NCBI GenBank assembly: GCA_018303995.1
Contig: JAGVXB010000013.1
Location: 27,490 to 91,489 of the forward strand
Source of the DNA: Candidatus Pacearchaeota archaeon
GTDB taxonomy: Archaea; Nanobdellota; Nanobdellia; Pacearchaeales; GW2011-AR1
DNA: 64,000 nucleotides
Direction: 5' to 3'
Part shown: positions 19,884 through 30,301 of the stretch, piece by piece
How the letters are laid out: each line of letters begins with the position of its first letter
Position numbering within the stretch: the stretch's first letter is position 1
Program-made: the position numbers and the translations under genes
Notes under the pieces: model-generated
Databases searched by the model: none
What the model saw: the letters and a program-made list of their open reading frames with translations, nothing else
What the model was told of the DNA's origin: nothing

Positions 19884-21091
19884 CTAATGTCTCCTCGCGC
19901 TAATTTGTAAAGAGCAATTATCAAAGGAATTACATATAGCGACCTATAAAAAAACGAGTACCCTACAATCTTTATAACACTTTTGTTTCCGGTTTCAGAG
20001 CTCATAAATCCAGTTTTATAATACCAAATAGCTAATGCAAAAAAACATATTCCCAAAAATAGAAGTAATGTAAATGAGAAAGTATAATCAAAATATCTCC
20101 AAAATGGATATCCTTGCAAAGAATAATACCAAGAAAATAAATTATAAGATCCTTTAATCCAAATATAACGAGAAAATAATAAGAAACCTATAATCGCAAA
20201 AATAAAAGATGCAGTAACATATGGAATAACAAAATGACCGAATGCCCCCTCACGAAACATAGCTTTCCAATACTTTTGCACTGTCTGTAAACCGCCTAAA
20301 TTCCACCTAACTCTTTGTTTAATCCAAGTCTTTAAATCTTCAGGAACCGTTGTATAAACAATTGCATCATAAGACATCCTGGTTCTATAACCTTTGCTCA
20401 ATATATGCCATGTAATCTCAATATCTTCTGTTAAATTTTTAGGATCAAAACCGCCCAGTTTAATAACCAAATCTTTTCGATACATGCTCAATGGACCATT
20501 AGTGACATATACTGAATCTACAAAATCAAGCAATTTTCTAGTCCATGCAATAATAGAATAATCCATCACTTGAAATTTTCCGAGCCAGTTCGGTTTATTT
20601 TTTACCAAAACTCGAGAAGTTACTGCCCCAACAGAAGAATCATCAAAATGCCCAATCATTTTAAGAAGAGAATCTTTTCTAGGATAAGAATCTGCATCAA
20701 CTACTGCTATAAGCTCACCCTTTGCTATTTTCAAAGCCTCATTTAAAGAATTAGCCTTCCCAGAATTAAGTTTGTTTAAAAGACAAACATTTGAATATTT
20801 CTTAACCAACCCAAGAGCAATATTTTTAGTATTATCTCTACTTCCGTCATTAATTATTATTATCTCTCTCCTATCTTTTGGATAATTCAGATTTACAATA
20901 GCTTCAACTGTTTCAACAAGACTGTCTTGTTCATTATAAGCAGGAACTAAAAAAGAAACAGAGTAATGCTTAGTAAATGCGGGACTAGCAAACAAACGAT
21001 AACGATTTCTATAATGCAAAAACATAAAAATCATAAGAAAAAATATTCCAAAAAAGAATAAAACTACATATACCCATGTAAAAAAGTTCAT
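19868..21091 (-). CDS. Processive GT2 glycosyltransferase (PgaC/IcaA/cellulose-synthase-like); read in frame from upstream scpB
   Basis: VPAYNE, NDGSRD, GKANSLN, DAD, TED, QRVRW, multiple TM helices. Confidence 0.9.
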   Translation of the reverse strand: MNFFTWVYVVLFFFGIFFLMIFMFLHYRNRYRLFASPAFTKHYSVSFLVPAYNEQDSLVETVEAIVNLNYPKDRREIIIINDGSRDNTKNIALGLVKKYSNVCLLNKLNSGKANSLNEALKIAKGELIAVVDADSYPRKDSLLKMIGHFDDSSVGAVTSRVLVKNKPNWLGKFQVMDYSIIAWTRKLLDFVDSVYVTNGPLSMYRKDLVIKLGGFDPKNLTEDIEITWHILSKGYRTRMSYDAIVYTTVPEDLKTWIKQRVRWNLGGLQTVQKYWKAMFREGAFGHFVIPYVTASFIFAIIGFLLFSRYIWIKGSYNLFSWYYSLQGYPFWRYFDYTFSFTLLLFLGICFFALAIWYYKTGFMSSETGNKSVIKIVGYSFFYRSLYVIPLIIALYKLARGDIRWYTK

Positions 21092-21589
21092 TCTAAATAT
21101 ATTGTAAAAGCTTTCACTCAAAGATATATCTGCGCTATGCCCAACTTTCTTTTTTATAATAAGCCCCATTGAAACAAACTTTGCAATATGGTCATATGCC
21201 TTATTTCCCCTTATTTTAACCAAAATAGATTGTTTCATAGGTTGTTTATGAGCAATAATGGCAAGGGTCTCCTGCTCCGCCTTTGTAAACTCAGATTCCC
21301 CAGTAGCAAGACGATTAACAAAATGAACAAAATCAGAATGCACATCCATCTTCCACAAGTCCTCGCGACGAACGACCTCAATTCCGCTTCCACGATATTT
21401 CTCTTCAAGTGTGCGCAATATATCCCGTAAAATCAAAGGATTAACATCTGTAAGAGCAACAAGCTCCTTCAATGTCATAAACTTCCCGGAAACAAAAAGA
21501 GCAGCTTCCACACGGCGTAAATTCTCTTTCTCTCGCGCATTATCAATCTCGGCAATACTCTCTCTAGTCACTCCAGCCAATTCATCCAT
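21092..21589 (-). CDS. scpB: Segregation/condensation protein ScpB (no stop before GT2)
   Basis: VEAALF, ETLAIIAHKQP, VKIRGNKAYDHI. Confidence 0.88.
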
Positions 21590-21626
21590 TAATAAGTAAC
21601 CATTAAGTGATTTAAAAACATTCTTC

Positions 21627-22241
21627 TCAACCCATAAAGAAAATAAGAGAACTCTCAATAATCGCTGCCAATGCAAGCAAAGGAACAACAATCACAAGAA
21701 ACACCTTAAAAGACTCTTTAAACCTAAACCTAAAAGTGTTTATCTTATCCTTAGAAGCAAAAAAAGAAAAACCCAAATGAATCCCGAGCCCAAGAGAAAT
21801 GAATATGGCAGGCAACTCAAAAATACCATGTGGAATCAATTGCCATATGACTAAATATCCTGCAATAGAAGAAGCCTTGGAATAAACATAACCTAAAATA
21901 GAACCATTAAACAAAGCATTAAACAAAGGGAATATCCCAAAAAAAGCCCCTAAAAACAGAGCAGATAAAGAACTAGTCACATTATTACTAAATATAAACC
22001 ATATCATTTCCAAATAATCCAAATCCCTAGTAGACTTAACAATTTCCTCAATAAGCTTATCAAAAAAACCTAATCGAGCCGAATAAACATAACCAAAAAT
22101 AGAACTTGCAAAAAATATCAAAGCAGAAGCATAAACGTATTTCTTATTCTCCTTTAAATAAAAAAAAGAATCTTCAACTAAATCTGCAAATTCGCGCTTC
22201 CAAGACATTTTTTTATTTTTTCCAGCTAATTTTTTAACCAT
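21627..22241 (-). CDS. SpoIIM (DUF95) family membrane protein
   Basis: IFSNN, NGSILG, LIPHGIFELPAI, AAIIES. Confidence 0.88.
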   Translation of the reverse strand: MVKKLAGKNKKMSWKREFADLVEDSFFYLKENKKYVYASALIFFASSIFGYVYSARLGFFDKLIEEIVKSTRDLDYLEMIWFIFSNNVTSSLSALFLGAFFGIFPLFNALFNGSILGYVYSKASSIAGYLVIWQLIPHGIFELPAIFISLGLGIHLGFSFFASKDKINTFRFRFKESFKVFLVIVVPLLALAAIIESSLIFFMG

Positions 22242-23089
22242 TATTTTATCATCCTATTCAACATTTTAACTTTTCTTTGATATTTACTACGCAAATAAGC
22301 ACCATAAATCAACCCAGCAACTAGACCGCCAAGATGAGCCATATTCCCAATAGGCAGTTTAACAAAAAACCCTATAACTAGCAAAGGAACAATTGCAACA
22401 ATAGGAGCCAACCAGAAAGACAAACTCAAAGGCATAGAAATCTTTCTAAAAGAACTATTTAAAGAAAACATCGAAAAAATCATTAAAAATATTAATATCG
22501 TTCCGACAATATCTACAACTCCAGAAATAGAAGGAAAAACTTTTCCTAATAAAAATTGTAAAACAATAACTATCAGAGGTCCAACAATAAGAAATATCTT
22601 CTTTCTAGGCAATAATGTTGCTAATATCCCTAAAAGTCCAAATATAGCCCCACTAGCCCCAACTGCAAAATCGTCAATACCTCCAAAAATAAAATCCCCT
22701 CTTGAAAAATAAGTTCCAATATATGCAAACAAAACGAAAAACAGACTGCCAAATATTCCAGCAACTAAATAAAACCAAATGAAACGTTTACGTCCAATAA
22801 TACGTTCAGCCAAACTTCCTAAAAAGAATAACGAAAACATATTAACAAATAAATGAAGAAAACCGCCATGCATAAACACACTCGTAACTACGGTCCAAAT
22901 ATACGTTCCAGATAAAATAAAAGAAGGCTTTATCGCCACAAAATCAAAAATAGATGAAATGAAACTAGACAAAACTAAAAACAAAAAGAAAGCAACAACA
23001 TTAATAAAAATAATTAAATGAGTTGCACTAAACCTGGAAAAAAAACCAGTCGGTCGTTGTTCGCGACGAAAATCACGTCTAATAACCAT
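22241..23089 (-). CDS. Rhomboid intramembrane serine protease
   Basis: HGGFLHLFVNM, GASGAIFG, AHLGG. Confidence 0.95.
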   Translation of the reverse strand: MVIRRDFRREQRPTGFFSRFSATHLIIFINVVAFFLFLVLSSFISSIFDFVAIKPSFILSGTYIWTVVTSVFMHGGFLHLFVNMFSLFFLGSLAERIIGRKRFIWFYLVAGIFGSLFFVLFAYIGTYFSRGDFIFGGIDDFAVGASGAIFGLLGILATLLPRKKIFLIVGPLIVIVLQFLLGKVFPSISGVVDIVGTILIFLMIFSMFSLNSSFRKISMPLSLSFWLAPIVAIVPLLVIGFFVKLPIGNMAHLGGLVAGLIYGAYLRSKYQRKVKMLNRMIK

Positions 23090-23092
23090 AAA

Positions 23093-23764
23093 TTACTTCT
23101 TCCTCTTCTTTTGAACTTTTTTTGCAAGCTTCTTAGAGAATTTCTTCTTAGACTTAAAAGCAGACTTCTTAGAAGAACTCTTTTTACCCTTACTACCTTT
23201 CTTAACCTCTTTCTTCTCAGATTTAGGAACACGCAAAACTTCAAGTTCATTAATTACAATCTGCATCTGAGCAACCTTGTCTTTTAATTTATTAATTGAT
23301 TTCTCAACTTCTTTAACACTCTCAGCAGGATCTTTAGAAATATAAACCTCTCCACATTCGGAACAAGTAAAATCATGTAATATCGCTTGTTCTTCCATAA
23401 CCTCAACACCGCAAGTTTTACAAACATAAAATTGCTTCGTTTTCCTAGTTAAAAGAATGGATTCCTGAATTTCAATCTCCTTTAATAAAGTGGCTCTATA
23501 ACTAACAAGACACTTATAATCATCAAGAGTCCAAAAATATGTATACCATCCACCACTCTTCAAGTCTTTCTTGCGCATAAAATAAACAAGCCCCTTGTCT
23601 GCAAGCTTGTAAAGTATATTCCTAGTCTGATTTATAGTCATATTAAGCTTCTTAGCTATGAGAAATTCATTTACATTCTTCTTTTTAAACAAAATATTAA
23701 CTATCTTATCCGCTCCAGAGCCAGCGACGATAGAAATATAATCATTCAAAAACTTTTCAAGCAT
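23093..23764 (-). CDS. tfe: Transcription factor E (TFE) with Lys-rich tail
   Basis: wHTH (RNILYKL...GWYTYFW) plus Zn ribbon CKTC...FTCSECG. Confidence 0.9.
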   Translation of the reverse strand: MLEKFLNDYISIVAGSGADKIVNILFKKKNVNEFLIAKKLNMTINQTRNILYKLADKGLVYFMRKKDLKSGGWYTYFWTLDDYKCLVSYRATLLKEIEIQESILLTRKTKQFYVCKTCGVEVMEEQAILHDFTCSECGEVYISKDPAESVKEVEKSINKLKDKVAQMQIVINELEVLRVPKSEKKEVKKGSKGKKSSSKKSAFKSKKKFSKKLAKKVQKKRKK

Positions 23765-23891
23765 GAGAAACTAAGAACAAAGAGACAATAAAAACCTTTC
23801 TATATTAAAAACTAAAAAAATAAACAAAAAAATAAAAACATGTAACTCCTTAATAATTAAGATAAACCTATATAAAGAAAGTTGCGAAACA

Positions 23892-24503
23892 ATGAATAAT
23901 AAAATGTTTGGCTTAAAAAAGAAAAACCCGGCAAGTGAATTACCTGACTTTCCACCCAGCAGTGCCCCATCAATGAGAGATTATCAAAAAACTACACTAC
24001 CTCCTATAGAAGTATCTCAAGAAGATAGTATTCATGGACTCCCTTCATTCCCAGATTCTCTAATGAAAAAAGGATTCAGTCAAAGTATGATAAAAAGCGC
24101 AGTTGAAGACGAAGATAAAAATTTGCCAGAGTTACCTGAATGGAACGAAGAAAATGAAGTAAAAAAGCCAACAAGAGCAGTAGAATTAGATGAATGGACT
24201 CCAAAAACAACACCTAAAATGCAGCAAAAACAAACAAACGAAGATTTAAGATCTCCTCCTCCAATTTCAAATCAAATAAATGATAAAAGGCCCCTATTTA
24301 TAAAATTGGAGAAATTCAAAGAAGCCAGAGACTCCTTAGTAAAAATAGCTGAAAAACTTAACCAAATGGATGAACTACTAAAAACAATTAAAGACTTAAA
24401 AGCAAAAGAAGATGAAGAAATCATAAGTTGGGAAAAAGACGTAGGAAACATAAAATCAAGAATTTCATCAGTTAATAGAGAGATATTTGAAAATGCTTAT
24501 TGA
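23892..24503 (+). CDS. Hypothetical protein, Pro-rich N-terminus and C-terminal coiled coil
   Basis: ORF; PLFIKLEKF followed by heptad pattern. Confidence 0.75.
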   Translation: MNNKMFGLKKKNPASELPDFPPSSAPSMRDYQKTTLPPIEVSQEDSIHGLPSFPDSLMKKGFSQSMIKSAVEDEDKNLPELPEWNEENEVKKPTRAVELDEWTPKTTPKMQQKQTNEDLRSPPPISNQINDKRPLFIKLEKFKEARDSLVKIAEKLNQMDELLKTIKDLKAKEDEEIISWEKDVGNIKSRISSVNREIFENAY

Positions 24504-24843
24504 AGAACAATTTGTAGGGATAGAACCCCTACAAGTAAATTACGGAGAAAAACAATTACTTTACTGTGAAATGGAAATTCTTACGTCTCTCCAAAAACAT
24601 GAGCGTTATAAAAGATACCGTAAAGAAGAATTAGCAATAAAAAATCTTCTCAAAAAAGTAGTTTTTGAACTAAAAAAAGAAATGGAAATATTAATAGAAT
24701 ATATCCCTCAAGTAAAGGTAATACCTCTCAAGGCTGAAAAAGTTGAAATAGCAAAAATAATAGTTCCTCCTTCAAGAAGAGATGCTCTAGAAGATGAAAT
24801 TCAAAGTATAAGAAGAAAAATAGCAATACTATCTGCAAGTTAA
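24487..24843 (+). CDS. Hypothetical coiled-coil protein
   Basis: ORF overlapping the upstream gene; helical composition. Confidence 0.7.
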   Translation: MKMLIEEQFVGIEPLQVNYGEKQLLYCEMEILTSLQKHERYKRYRKEELAIKNLLKKVVFELKKEMEILIEYIPQVKVIPLKAEKVEIAKIIVPPSRRDALEDEIQSIRRKIAILSAS

Positions 24844-24948
24844 CTAATATAGTCAAGGATTCTTGACTATCAAGAGAAAAACATACAATTTTGCTCAGTT
24901 ATTTATGTTTCTCACTATATTTAAAAATGCGCATAGGTTTCAGATTCT

Positions 24949-26708
24949 ATGACAATCACACGCAAAGAACTAATAAATAAATTCATCGAGTTTTTTAAAA
25001 CCAAACAGCATAAAGAAATACCAAACGCCTCATTAATTCCGTCAAACGACCCTACAGTCCTATTTACAACAGCAGGAATGCATCCTCTGGTGCCTTATCT
25101 AAGCGGACACCCACATCCTTTAGGTAAACGCCTCGTAAACGTCCAACGCTGTATCAGAACAGGAGACATAGACGAAGTTGGAGACGCCACGCACCATACA
25201 TTCTTTGAAATGTTGGGCAACTGGTCTTTAGGAGATTATTGGAAAGAAGATCATTCGAATTTCACACTAAAATATTAAAAATACATTTAGAAAAATATGC
25301 TGTCAGTGTTTTCGCAGGAGATAACGATGCAGAAAAAGATGAAGAATCAGCAAATACATGGCATAAGTTAGGAATTCCTAAAGAAAGAATAGCATTCCTC
25401 CCAAAAAAAGATAACTGGTGGGGACCAGCAGGAAACACTGGAATATGTGGTCCAGACACAGAGATGTTTTTCTACAGCGGGAAAAAAGCTACAAAGAAAT
25501 TTAACCCAGAAGATAAAAACTGGGTAGAAATAGGAAATAATGTTTTAATGCAATATACAAAAGATGAAAAAGGAAATTATGCCCTTGCAAAACAAAAAAA
25601 CATCGACTTCGGTGGAGGGGTAGAACGCACCCTAGCAGTTCTAAACGGATTCAACGACAACTACTTAACGGAAATATGGCAGCCATTAATAAAAGAAATA
25701 GAAAAAATATCTCATAAAAATTATCAAGAACACAAAAAAGAAATGAGAATAATAGCAGACCACATCAAAGCATCAGTTTTTATTATTGCAGATGGAATTG
25801 TACCTAGCAATACAGGTCAAGGCTACGTCTTAAGAAGACTAATAAGAAGAGCAATAAGACATAGCAAATTGCTAAACATAGAAACAAACATCACATCAAT
25901 TTTAGCAGAAAAAGTAATTTACATATACAAAGACTATGAAAATCTAACAAAAAACAAAGAAATAATACTAAAAGAAATAGAAAAAGAAGAAACAAAATTC
26001 AGAAGCACATTAGAAAAGGGCATAAGACAATTTAATAAACTAGCAGAAAACCAAAAAGAAGTCTCAGAAAAAGAATCATTCTTATTATTCCAATCATACG
26101 GCTTCCCAATTGAAATGACTGAAGAAATGGCAAAAGAAAAAGGCATTAAAGTAAATATAAAAGAATTCCAGAATGAATATCAAAAACATCAAGAATTATC
26201 AAGAACATTATCAGCAGGAACATTCAAATCCGGCCTTTCAGATAATTCGGAAAAAACAACACGTTTGCACACAGCAACGCACTTATTGAATGAAGCGATG
26301 TCACGAGTCTTAGGTCCTGAAGTCGCTCAACGTGGCAGCAATATCACTCCAGAACGCACAAGATTTGACTTCGTATTCAATAGAAAACTCACAAATGAAG
26401 AAATAAAAGAAATAGAAAACATAGTAAATAACCTAGTAAAAAAAGCACTAGTAGTAAAATCAGAAGAACTAGATTATAAAAAAGCAGTAGAGTCGGGAGC
26501 AAAGGGAGAATTCGGCCACAAATATCCGGAAAAAGTCACAGTATACACAGTCTTAGACGCCGAAGAAGAAAAAGGTTACTTCAGCAGAGAAATTTGCACA
26601 GGTCCGCATGTCAAGAACACAAAAGAAATAGGTAAAATAAAAATCACTGAGCAGTCTAGCGTTTCGGCAGGTGTCCGCCGTATAAAGGCGATTGTTGAAA
26701 ACAACTAA
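24949..26708 (+). CDS. alaS: Alanine--tRNA ligase (short form: catalytic and editing domains, no C-Ala), split by a frameshifting deletion at ~25250
   Basis: [50 protein letters not shown]; editing motifs HTATHLL and EICTGPH. Confidence 0.95.
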
Positions 26709-27110
26709 TTTAATCCATCCAATAATTCATTAGTTGTAAAGACTTGGACTTTATCCTGCCCCCTTAAAACCTCTATCGTTGCTCCAAATACTGCATTGCA
26801 ATGCCAATGCACAAGCTAAAAAAGAAACATCCTTGATATCTTTAATTAAAACGCTGGATTCATCTAAAAATGCATAATATATTTCAGGATTAATTATTTT
26901 AACGTATCTAAACAAAATTTCTAAAAAAGACTCAAAATCAAAATTACTAATTCCAGCTTTTTCGCATATCTCTTCTTTATGCTTTCTAAGTTCAGTTAAA
27001 GCATATGCAGGTGTAAAAAATTCAAATCCAAAACTAAATATAATCTGTCTAGTTTTACCATCTTTAATTATTGCAGATATCATAATATTAGTATCTACAA
27101 CTAGTCTCAT
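26705..27110 (-). CDS. PIN-domain toxin; G5 homopolymer frameshift at 26759-26763 (ORF track stops at 26751)
   Basis: VVDTN...DIKDVSFLACAL...IWSND; the shifted frame gives the typical end QDKVQVFTTNELL. Confidence 0.85.
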
Positions 27111-27328
27111 AATCCGTGTCTTTTAGCTATTCCTCTCTTTATTTTCTCTCCAATATCCTCGACATCCTTCTCGGTAAGCTTGCTTTTCGAAGCAATTTTC
27201 TCTAAGGCCATTAAATCTTCTATTCTTTGTTGTATCGCTCGCCTAGCTACTTCACTCCATTTAATTTCCCTAAGCATTCGCATCTTTCTAAGCAATTCAT
27301 CGGGCATAGATAAAGTTATATTTCCCAT
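27107..27328 (-). CDS. RHH-type antitoxin
   Basis: MGNITLSMPDEL...EIKWSEVARRAI; ATGA overlap with the PIN gene. Confidence 0.85.
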   Translation of the reverse strand: MGNITLSMPDELLRKMRMLREIKWSEVARRAIQQRIEDLMALEKIASKSKLTEKDVEDIGEKIKRGIAKRHGL

Positions 27329-27365
27329 ATTTATGTGAGATATTTGATATATTTAAACACTCCTG

Positions 27366-28142
27366 TTAAATCAACCCAAATAAAATCACCAAAAGCCCTA
27401 AAATCGCAGTATACAAACCAAACCATTTCAAATTCTTTCTATCACTAAGCACATACTTAAAAGAAAAATTCATAAATACCAAAGCTATCAAAAAACAAAC
27501 AATCGTAGGCAACAAAAAGGAAGCAGAAATAGTCTTATTCCCAAAAGTAACTAAATTAGCGCCTATAATCACAGGAATAGCTAACAAATAAGAGAACAAA
27601 ATAGCCTGTTTCTCTTTCAATCCAAAAAACAATCCTGAAGAAATAGTCATCCCACTTCTAGAAACTCCTGGAACGATAGCAATTGCCTGAGCAAGTCCTA
27701 CGATAAAAGCCCTAAAATAACCTAACTTGAAAGCATCACCATTTCTAGACTTAGTAAAACTTCCTATAAACAATACAACACTTGTAATTAACCATCCAGA
27801 ACCTAAAACGAAAAGATTTCCAGAAATAACGTCAAAATAACTCCTAAAAATGAAACCAAAAATGCCTGCAGGAATACTAGCAACTAAAATCAAAAAACCT
27901 AAGCGAGCATTAGAAGTTCTCCATTTCCCATTAATCAAATCGCGCACAATCATAACAATATCTTTCCTAAAATAAATAAAAACTGCCATTAAAGTTCCAA
28001 AATTCAAAGCCACTTCGAAAGCAAAATCTGCAGAATATCCAATCAATTTCCCAACTAAAGCCATGTGTCCAGAACTAGAAACAGGAAACCATTCAGCAAT
28101 TCCCTGAACAATTGCTAAAATCAAAGAAGAAATTAAATCCAT
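27366..28142 (-). CDS. uppP: Undecaprenyl-diphosphate phosphatase (BacA)
   Basis: QGIAEWFPVSSSGH, PGVSRSG. Confidence 0.95.
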   Translation of the reverse strand: MDLISSLILAIVQGIAEWFPVSSSGHMALVGKLIGYSADFAFEVALNFGTLMAVFIYFRKDIVMIVRDLINGKWRTSNARLGFLILVASIPAGIFGFIFRSYFDVISGNLFVLGSGWLITSVVLFIGSFTKSRNGDAFKLGYFRAFIVGLAQAIAIVPGVSRSGMTISSGLFFGLKEKQAILFSYLLAIPVIIGANLVTFGNKTISASFLLPTIVCFLIALVFMNFSFKYVLSDRKNLKWFGLYTAILGLLVILFGLI

Positions 28143-28177
28143 TTAAGAATAAGAAAAAAGAAACTTATAAAACTATT

Positions 28178-28321
28178 CTATTCCTCAACATGCAAGTCGT
28201 TAGCATTGCGAATCACATTCAACACGTTACGCTCTTCAGGTGTGATCCCATAAAAGGCATCTATAGTACGTTCAACTAGAGCGACTATGCGCGGGTCCTG
28301 CAAACTTTGTATATTAGCCAT
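28178..28321 (-). CDS. 47-aa small protein (MANIQSLQDPRIVALVERT...)
   Basis: Not in the ORF track; strong SD GGAGGTGA 3 nt before ATG and an AT-rich TATA upstream. Confidence 0.55.
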   Translation of the reverse strand: MANIQSLQDPRIVALVERTIDAFYGITPEERNVLNVIRNANDLHVEE

Positions 28322-28592
28322 CTCATCACCTCCAAGAAACAAAGAACTATTTTATTTATATATAAACTACAAACAATAACATATCAATCAAAGTATATTT
28401 ATCCTTATATATCAAACAACTGAAAAGTAATTAACTTGTTATTTATAAACAGTTTCACCAAAAAAAGACAAAAAACTGTAACTAAAATTAGTTAAACCTT
28501 TTAAAAAGAGTTACGACGAATCATTTTATTTATACAAAATATAGTAACACAAAACTGCATAAAGTTATAAACTTTATTTATAATAAATAAGT

Positions 28593-29315
28593 ATGACTAG
28601 CAGAGTTGTCTATACAGTATGCAATGGAGGTAAGGAACGTAGTAGAATATTGGCTTCGATTTTAGAAAAAGAGCTTACAGAAAACGATGTAGGAGGGTTA
28701 GAAGTCAAAGCAAGAGGTTCTTACGGTCTTGGCAATGACGATAAGGGTGTCGAAACTAAATATGGTTGGACACCTCCAGAAGGATTTGTTAATTTAATGA
28801 AAAAAAAGGGAATAAAACTTCATACCTATGAGTCTCAAATGCTAACTAAAAATGAAATAGCTCATGCAGATGTAGTTGTCGCAGTAGATCCAACTATAGC
28901 TAAAAGAATAAAGGAGGCTTATCCAGAATATTCTACAAAAGTTGTAACAGCTTTAGAAGCTATAGGTGAGGGGAACAGCCCATTTTACGATTACCTAGGT
29001 CACTCAATTCCAGATGCATGGGGAGGACATTTATCAAAGAATGTAAGGGATATTTTACATTCTAAACAAGAACATCCTGAAAAAATAAGTCGTTTGACAA
29101 CTATACTTGGGGGAGAATTAAATGAAGAAGAAAAATCCTATATACAAAATTATGATTCTACTAGCCTTGATAATGACCCAACAGACATTAAAAGAATCCC
29201 AAAAAGACTTAGAGACTATATGGGCAAACCAATAGATTCTGATGAAGCGTATTTAGAAGAAGGAGAACATTTAAAGAAAGTTGCTAAACATTTAATAAAG
29301 AGGTTGGTGGCTTAA
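28593..29315 (+). CDS. Low-molecular-weight protein-tyrosine-phosphatase-like protein with large insertion
   Basis: VCNGGKERS (CX5R), ADVVVAVD, IPDAWGG. Confidence 0.78.
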   Translation: MTSRVVYTVCNGGKERSRILASILEKELTENDVGGLEVKARGSYGLGNDDKGVETKYGWTPPEGFVNLMKKKGIKLHTYESQMLTKNEIAHADVVVAVDPTIAKRIKEAYPEYSTKVVTALEAIGEGNSPFYDYLGHSIPDAWGGHLSKNVRDILHSKQEHPEKISRLTTILGGELNEEEKSYIQNYDSTSLDNDPTDIKRIPKRLRDYMGKPIDSDEAYLEEGEHLKKVAKHLIKRLVA

Positions 29316-30298
29316 TGAAACTATCATTAAAAGACGCAAAAAAGATAGCTGATTCTCATTCTTTGGGAAAAGTTATAGATATTAAACCAATTAACGAAGG
29401 TTTATCAAATTATAATTTTGATTTGACCTCAAAAGAAGGAGATTTTATTATTCGTTTTTCTTCTTTTAAATCCAACAAAACACAATTAGACCGATTAAAA
29501 TTACAAACTGAAGCAATCTCTTTCCTTAATGGAAGAGGTTTTGAGTATAAAATACCTGTACCAATTAGAAACAAAAAAGGCTCTTTTATTTCTAAAATTG
29601 ATGATAAATATTATTGGGTTTACAGAAAAGTAGCAGGAGAAGTATATTCTGACATTAAAAAAATGGATATTAAACAATTAGCAGAACTAATCGCCAAATA
29701 TCATAAAATAATGAGAGACTTTCCATTGAAAAAAACAACAGCTGGTTTTTATGGAGAGTCTGGATTGAAAGAAGGTTTACTCGAGATTAAAAATAAATTA
29801 AATAATGAAAAAGTAAAAGACGATATTGATTTATACATGCAAAAGAATTTAGATATTTTTGAAAAAGCAATTAAAAGAGTTCCGACTATAAACTATGGAA
29901 AAGAAGTAACTATAGCCCATTCAGATTGGTATATTGGTAATGTGATTTATAATAAAGATAAGATAATAGGCCTTATAGATTTCGATTTATTTGAAATAAC
30001 CACTTATCTAAAGGATATTGCGTGTGCAATACAATTATACTGTTTTACTAAAGACAACAAATGGGATAAAAAGGCTGCAGAAGAATTTATTAAAGAATAT
30101 GAAAAATTCTCTCCATTAGAAAAATTTGATAAATATCATCTTAAAGATTTAATAATTAGAGAAAGTTGTTATGGAGTATTAGTTTTTTATTTGAAAAATA
30201 AAAAAGTAAATGAAAAAAAGAGATTATTTATGTTAAATTGGTTCCTAAGTTCAATAAAAAACCTAATGGAAGACATAGAAAACAAAGATTATTATTAA
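29315..30298 (+). CDS. APH / type II homoserine kinase-like phosphotransferase
   Basis: EGLSNYNF, HSDWYIGNVI, IDFD. Confidence 0.85.
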   Translation: MKLSLKDAKKIADSHSLGKVIDIKPINEGLSNYNFDLTSKEGDFIIRFSSFKSNKTQLDRLKLQTEAISFLNGRGFEYKIPVPIRNKKGSFISKIDDKYYWVYRKVAGEVYSDIKKMDIKQLAELIAKYHKIMRDFPLKKTTAGFYGESGLKEGLLEIKNKLNNEKVKDDIDLYMQKNLDIFEKAIKRVPTINYGKEVTIAHSDWYIGNVIYNKDKIIGLIDFDLFEITTYLKDIACAIQLYCFTKDNKWDKKAAEEFIKEYEKFSPLEKFDKYHLKDLIIRESCYGVLVFYLKNKKVNEKKRLFMLNWFLSSIKNLMEDIENKDYY

Positions 30299-30301
30299 CT
30301 A

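Noticed and set aside
2732-26763. Phase variation at G4/G5 tracts
   Set aside because: The tracts are too short, and the pattern fits sequencing indel error.
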